From Anaerolineae bacterium (GTDB lineage Bacteria > Chloroflexota > Anaerolineae > B4-G1 > DUEL01), in NCBI GenBank assembly GCA_016931695.1, contig JAFGEI010000004.1, forward strand, positions 1 through 64,000: a stretch of 64,000 bases of DNA, in the 5' to 3' direction. Made by a program: the position numbers and the translations under genes. The notes under the pieces were generated by a model, which did no database searches, was not told where the DNA came from, and saw nothing but the letters and a program-made list of their open reading frames with translations. Position 1 is the first letter of the stretch. Each line of letters begins with the position of its first letter. Shown here piece after piece: positions 60,001-64,000 of the stretch.

Positions 60001-61914
60001 AACCAGGTCTGCGGTTTTGGGGCCGAGGAGGACCTCGATCCCGAGGATAACTGCAACTATGAGGACACGCCGGTCCGCTGCTACCCGCTGCGCGTGAGCA
60101 AGATTGCCGAGCCTTGCGTCTCGCCGGGCGAGACCTTTCGCTATACCATCACCTACCAGAACCGGACCACCGACACGACTTTCTTCGACGTTACCCTCAC
60201 CGACACCCTCGACGTCGAGGTCAGCTATGCCGGGGCGGGCGCGTGGGACTGCAACGGCCGCATCTGCACCCGCACCGTGCTGACCATCCCTCCGGGAGTC
60301 AGCGACACGCTGCACCTGCAGGCCCGGCTCAGCGCCTCTTTTCCCTATACCATTCGTACTACTTTTAGCAACGTGATCGAAATCGAGGGCGGCAACCGCT
60401 TTGTCCTTTTCAGCCCCATCGACACCGGCCCCGACCTGGCGGTGGTGAAAAACGACAACGTCGGCCCGGTGCCGCCGCCGCTGGGCAGCCTGTGGGACCA
60501 GCTGTCCCGGCGCCTTGGCCTGCCCGAACAAGCCGCGCCGCAGCGGGAGTTTGTGCGGCCCGGCGATCCCATCACCTACACCATCCTCTACCTCAACCAG
60601 GGCATCAGCCCGACGACGGACGTGGTGCTGATCGAGCGCCTGCCCGACTATACCCGCTACGTCGGCGGCGGCTGGACGGCCATCGGCGGCCGGCACTACC
60701 AGCTCGACGTCGGCGACCTGGCGCCGGGCGCGGGCGGCGTGGCCGAGTTCATTGTCCAGGTGGATGATCCCTTCCCGCCCGGCGTCGACCGGGTGGTGAA
60801 CCGGGTCGACATTGCCGGGGCGGTGCCAGAGTGCGACATGCGCAACAACTGGTCGGCCGACGACACGCCGGTGCGCACCGGGGTCAACCTCTACGTCGCC
60901 AACCTGGAGTCGCACACCGTCGACGTCTTTGACGCCGCCACCTTTGCCTACTCTCTCTCCATCCCCATCGAGAACCCCTTTGGCATGGCCGCCTCGGCCG
61001 CGCACCTCTTTGTCGCCAATTTCGAGGACGGGAGCTATACCAGCACCCTGACCGCCGTCGACCTGGGGGACCACGCTGTTGCCGGGATGCCGGGCGTGGG
61101 CCGCCATCCCATCCACGTTGCCCACTACGATGGCCTCGTCTACGTCGCCAACCACAGCGGCGGCGAGGGAATCACCGTCGTCGACGCCCAGCCGCCCTTC
61201 CCGGTGGTGGCCCGCCTGCGGCCGGACCGCCGCCAGACCTACGACTTTGGCTTCTTTGGCGTCGCCGTCGACGCGACGCGGGGGCGCATCTATGCCACCA
61301 AGCGGGATTTCGGCAGCCAGGGCATCTGGATGATCACCCCCTCCGGCGGCACGTTCCAGTTCGATTACGTGGTCGATACGGGGGAGGAGAAACCGAGCTC
61401 CATCGTCTACAATCCCATCCTGGACCGGGTGTACGTCACCTTTGGCCTGGTCGACGAGCTGTGGGTCTTTGATCCCGACACCTGGGAGTTGCTGCAGGTC
61501 ATTCCCACCGGGCACCAGGACCCGGTTGATCCCGGTTACGGCGGGCACGGCCTGGCGACCATTGGCCGCTGCGTCTTTGTCAGCAACTATATGGAGGAAT
61601 CGATCACCGCGGTCATCGAGGGGAGCTGTACGGAAGACGGCAGCGCCGTCGGGCCGCCCTCCCCGCCCGCCGGTCCCTATCGGGTTTACCTGCCCATCGC
61701 CAACCGGGACTGGATGGGCCGGCAGGTGGTGCTGACCGTCCCGCTGACCAGCCGGCCCAAGGGGCTGGCAGCGGCGGGCAACCTGCTGCTGGTGACGCTG
61801 CCTTTCGAGGACCAGATCGCCATCGTCGATCTGCTGACGCTGCAGGTCTCGACGCGCGAGATCGCCGTGCTGGGCGACCATCCGCATACCGTGACCTTTG
61901 CCGGGGGACGCTAG
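57052..61914 (+). CDS. Giant secreted surface protein (1620 aa): N-terminal right-handed beta-helix (NosD/pectate-lyase-like), five or more DUF11-type repeats, C-terminal YVTN beta-propeller
   Basis: Signal peptide. Periodic NxxxxN/GNT beta-helix turns. Repeated modules (VTVIGxDVTIAKTT...LLTYTIxYSN.G...A..V.V.D.LP..T.YV). YVANLESHTVDV, LFVANFEDGS, VYVANHSGGEG. The ATG at 57052 has GGCAGGAGGT. Confidence 0.8.
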   Translation: MPKRIFLLLGTICLSLTALWGLAALLFPAVHADGPQGCIEITADIAADTTWDAPCYRVMTSTVTVLPNIILTISPAVTGTRVEFVDNAQLQVMGTLRALGSPAHPITFTSANPGSGEWVGIILEDDSGGDRIQYSTVEYARTGVKINDEDDVQVLSSTFRYNGGSGSHEGAIGGDTDYSRIAGNIVYSCTNGIVLNESFDNEITGNTIYDIERYGVAFVEDPTVGGSNNLVADNTIYNCTAGAVRLENGAFNDLLGNRVYLNPGGALYLSDQVGSSVQANHVYSNGGGLDYAAALYVAGTSAIDTVAQNVIYEETTGAEAVWFEEGSAMWPGSLMAVNALCSIDSYELQNDGSTIEAPHDWWSSNDPASNILGPVNYTPWISLSITGDARGVITVTLRDADGLTVPPPPDPQAPPAPNARRVRLSTNWGSVSPALLEVNDAGIGTATLIPGGGTAPPTIILTATGFCGYATSGVVQLPNLALTKTTAVSQVVAGGTIAYQIHYLNDSAVAASDVHITDTLPAGTTWAGDTAPAAGWTRLSTAPPIWQRATLGPGVNGSFTLSVTVAPTAPCGAELVNWAAIGTDLLETSLADNSDSAGPVTVIGPDVTIAKTTPLLEVAAGGLLTYTIAYSNPGQAGAADVFVGDDLPAWTSYVADDSGLPCPACIPGGTGPLEWDAGSLNAGEGHSFKLVLRVDGDPAACGAALTNAVAISTSTPECDVLPNSAAATPVTVIGADVTIAKTTALTEVVAGGLLTYTITYSNVGPVDAAGVVITDLPPTCTTYVTSSPPCASCPPTGPLTWDIGPLAVGQRQSIELVLRADEDPACYGQGLVNTAIISTTTVECGTAPNIAYSELTTLVRGGVDLVVVKDDDIGPISLGGPARRTALERLLAPVPTAHRDFVYEGDIVTYTIAVVNVGTVTATRVVLTETLPQHTDYLGVGWNLVAGRTYTQAVGTLAPDEGRIFYFVVQVHDPMTECVTNLVNQVCGFGAEEDLDPEDNCNYEDTPVRCYPLRVSKIAEPCVSPGETFRYTITYQNRTTDTTFFDVTLTDTLDVEVSYAGAGAWDCNGRICTRTVLTIPPGVSDTLHLQARLSASFPYTIRTTFSNVIEIEGGNRFVLFSPIDTGPDLAVVKNDNVGPVPPPLGSLWDQLSRRLGLPEQAAPQREFVRPGDPITYTILYLNQGISPTTDVVLIERLPDYTRYVGGGWTAIGGRHYQLDVGDLAPGAGGVAEFIVQVDDPFPPGVDRVVNRVDIAGAVPECDMRNNWSADDTPVRTGVNLYVANLESHTVDVFDAATFAYSLSIPIENPFGMAASAAHLFVANFEDGSYTSTLTAVDLGDHAVAGMPGVGRHPIHVAHYDGLVYVANHSGGEGITVVDAQPPFPVVARLRPDRRQTYDFGFFGVAVDATRGRIYATKRDFGSQGIWMITPSGGTFQFDYVVDTGEEKPSSIVYNPILDRVYVTFGLVDELWVFDPDTWELLQVIPTGHQDPVDPGYGGHGLATIGRCVFVSNYMEESITAVIEGSCTEDGSAVGPPSPPAGPYRVYLPIANRDWMGRQVVLTVPLTSRPKGLAAAGNLLLVTLPFEDQIAIVDLLTLQVSTREIAVLGDHPHTVTFAGGR

Positions 61915-62041
61915 TTCCCCGCGCTGACGCTCGATTTGAGAAGGGCACAGCATCGCTGTGCCCTTTCCCTTACTGGCGGTCGTAGCGCAACAGGGGTAAA
62001 ATAGGGCTGTGAATGCCCCGGATACCTGGAGAGAACAGACA

Positions 62042-63124
62042 ATGACACCCAAGCGCAAGCGATCGCCCGCATTGTATCCCTTTTTTCTCGTCCTTCTCTT
62101 GCTGACAGCCTGCACACTGCTCGACTCGGGCGCCGTTTCCGAGACTGTGGGCAGCGATTGGATTCACGTCTACTTTACTGCCCCCCGCTACCCCGACGAT
62201 CCCGCCGATCACCTCGGCGGGGTCGATGCCCACTTGATCGACCTCATCGACGTCGCCCAGACGCAGGTCGACGTGGCGGCGTACGAACTCGACCTGCCCG
62301 GCGTCGCCGAGGCCCTGATCCGCGCCCACCAGGACGGCGTGCAGGTGCGACTGGTCACCGATGGCAGTTATGCCGGTGAAGAGGCGGTCGGCCAGCTGCG
62401 GGCGGCGGGCGTCCCCGTCGTTGCCCGGCCCGAAGGGTGGGGCATCATGCACAACAAGTTTGTCGTGGTGGACGACACCTGGGTCTGGACCGGGTCCTGG
62501 AACCTGACTGTCAACGGCACCTACCGCAACAACAACAACGCCGTCATCGTCGCCTCCCGCGCGCTGGCCCAGGACTATGGCGCCGAGTTTGAGGAGCTCT
62601 TTTCTAGCCTCTTTGGCCCCTCCTCCCCGGCCGAGACCCCCTACCCGGTGATCAACATCGAAGGACAGGGGCAGGCGGTGCAGCTCGAGGTCTATTTCGC
62701 GCCCGAAGACGACGTCTCCGACCGCCTGCTGCAGCTGCTCGACGATGCCGACGACAGCGTGCGTTTCATGGCCTTTCAGTTTACCAGCGATCCCCTCGCC
62801 CAGGCGCTGGTCGACCTGGCCGGGCGGGGCGTGGCTGTCCAGGGCGTCGTCGAGTCCCGCTCGGCGACAGCGCCCTACAGCCAGTACGAATACCTGTCCG
62901 CCAACGGGGTCGCCGTCTGGACCGATGGCAATCCCTACAACATGCACCACAAAGTGCTGATCGTCGACGATCGCATCGTCGTTTTGGGCTCGTACAACTT
63001 TACCGACAATGCCGACGAGAACAATGACGAGAACCTGCTCGTCGTCCACGACAGCCAGGTCGCCGCGGCCTACCTGGCCGAGTTTGGCCGCGTGTTGCAG
63101 CAGGCCCAGTCGGCGGGGCCGTAA
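62042..63124 (+). CDS. Phospholipase D-family lipoprotein with two HKD motifs (Nuc/cardiolipin-synthase-like fold)
   Basis: HKD motifs MHNKFVVVDDTWVWTGSWNLT and MHHKVLIVDDRIVVLGSYNFT. Lipobox LLLTACTL. GGAGAGAA SD before the ATG at 62042. Confidence 0.8.
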   Translation: MTPKRKRSPALYPFFLVLLLLTACTLLDSGAVSETVGSDWIHVYFTAPRYPDDPADHLGGVDAHLIDLIDVAQTQVDVAAYELDLPGVAEALIRAHQDGVQVRLVTDGSYAGEEAVGQLRAAGVPVVARPEGWGIMHNKFVVVDDTWVWTGSWNLTVNGTYRNNNNAVIVASRALAQDYGAEFEELFSSLFGPSSPAETPYPVINIEGQGQAVQLEVYFAPEDDVSDRLLQLLDDADDSVRFMAFQFTSDPLAQALVDLAGRGVAVQGVVESRSATAPYSQYEYLSANGVAVWTDGNPYNMHHKVLIVDDRIVVLGSYNFTDNADENNDENLLVVHDSQVAAAYLAEFGRVLQQAQSAGP

Positions 63125-63133
63125 AGCCGGTCG

Positions 63134-64000
63134 ATGACGAGCAGCCCGCCGACGTCGCGCCGCCTGGAGCGGTTCATTCCCCCCCTCCTCTACCTGGCTG
63201 CCTTTGGCCTCTACACCGCCACCGCCGCGCCAGGAACCCTTTTTGGCGATCCGTCCGAATACCAGTTCATTCCCGCCGTCCTGGGCATTGCCCACCCGCC
63301 CGGATACGCATTTTACACCCTGTTGGCCAGGCTGTGGCAGGTGGTCGTCCCGGTCGGTTCCATTGCCTGGCGGACCAACCTGTTGGCGGGGGCGGTGGGG
63401 GCCTGGGGGGTGACGGCGGTCTATTTGATCGTGCGTGAGGCGCAAATCGCGGTGCGCACGTCGCCCGCTGCCGCCCGCTATCTGCCCTGTGCGCTCTTTG
63501 CCGCCCTCTGCCTGGCCGTTGCGCCCGATTTTTGGCAGCACGCCATCCACGCCAATGCCCACGTTGTCAGCGCCGCCCTGGCGCTGACCCACCTGTGGTT
63601 GCTGACCCGCTGGTGGCGCACTGGCCGCGACGGCTGGCTGGCGGCCTTTGCCGTGATGCTGGGGCTGGCGGCGACGCATCATCCCATCACCCTGTTCGGC
63701 ATCCCGGCCTATGCCATCTTTATTCTGACCGTGCGCCGCTTGCAGTGGCGCACCCTGGCGCTGCTGGTCGGCTGCGGGCTGCTGGGACTGCTGCCGCTCC
63801 TTTACTATCCCTTGCGCAGCCCCAGCGCGCCCTTTGGCCCCACCGACATGCGCACCTGGGCCGGGTTTTGGCGCCACCTCACCGCCCAGGGACTGCGGGG
63901 CAACCTGTTTCACTTTGGCTGGGCCGACCAATTGGATCGGATCGTCGTCTTTTGGTCCCTGCTGCGGCTGCAGTACCTGGTCCCGGTGATCCTGCTCGTG
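63134..64000 (+). CDS. Polytopic membrane protein, DUF2723 / glycosyltransferase family 39-like (PMT/TMEM260-type); 3' end truncated by the window
   Basis: ATG 9 nt after the PLD gene stop. Translation MTSSPPTSRRLERFIPPLLYLAAFGLYTATAAPGTLFGDPSEYQF... has multiple TM helices. No stop codon before the window end. Confidence 0.6.
   Translation, partial: MTSSPPTSRRLERFIPPLLYLAAFGLYTATAAPGTLFGDPSEYQFIPAVLGIAHPPGYAFYTLLARLWQVVVPVGSIAWRTNLLAGAVGAWGVTAVYLIVREAQIAVRTSPAAARYLPCALFAALCLAVAPDFWQHAIHANAHVVSAALALTHLWLLTRWWRTGRDGWLAAFAVMLGLAATHHPITLFGIPAYAIFILTVRRLQWRTLALLVGCGLLGLLPLLYYPLRSPSAPFGPTDMRTWAGFWRHLTAQGLRGNLFHFGWADQLDRIVVFWSLLRLQYLVPVILLV

Overview
High-GC (about 65-70%) bacterial chromosomal segment; gene content and architecture suggest Chloroflexota, but this is a low-confidence guess. 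Most of the window is housekeeping. A minus-strand cluster mtaB-HIT-CBS/ACT-rpsU-yqeY-pgpH-ybeY-dgkA-greA shows Firmicute-like synteny. Other housekeeping genes are sat, a catalytic-only methylmalonyl-CoA mutase, a dpp-type ABC importer operon, a tRNA-Gly/Cys/Leu cluster, rpsO-pnp, two lepB copies, tyrA, priA, korAB, hutU and lexA. Embedded directly after the tRNA cluster is a compact type VII secretion (T7SS/ESX-like) accessory locus. It comprises an EccC-type three-domain FtsK/SpoIIIE ATPase, two small WXG100 proteins, a WXG100-fused calpain-like (peptidase C2) cysteine protease effector with an adjacent candidate immunity gene, and a YukD/EsaB-like ubiquitin-fold protein fused to a degenerate MinD/ParA-like P-loop domain. 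A DUF3592-like membrane protein and two SPFH proteins lie next to it. Other notable content is a radical-SAM/SPASM maturase with an N-terminal RRE-like extension in an operon with hutU and two unknowns, a 1620-aa beta-helix/DUF11/YVTN surface protein, a PLD-like lipoprotein, two families of intergenic repeats, and several consensus sigma70-like promoters and leader hairpins. All calls come from reading the sequence and ORF translations; no database search was possible.
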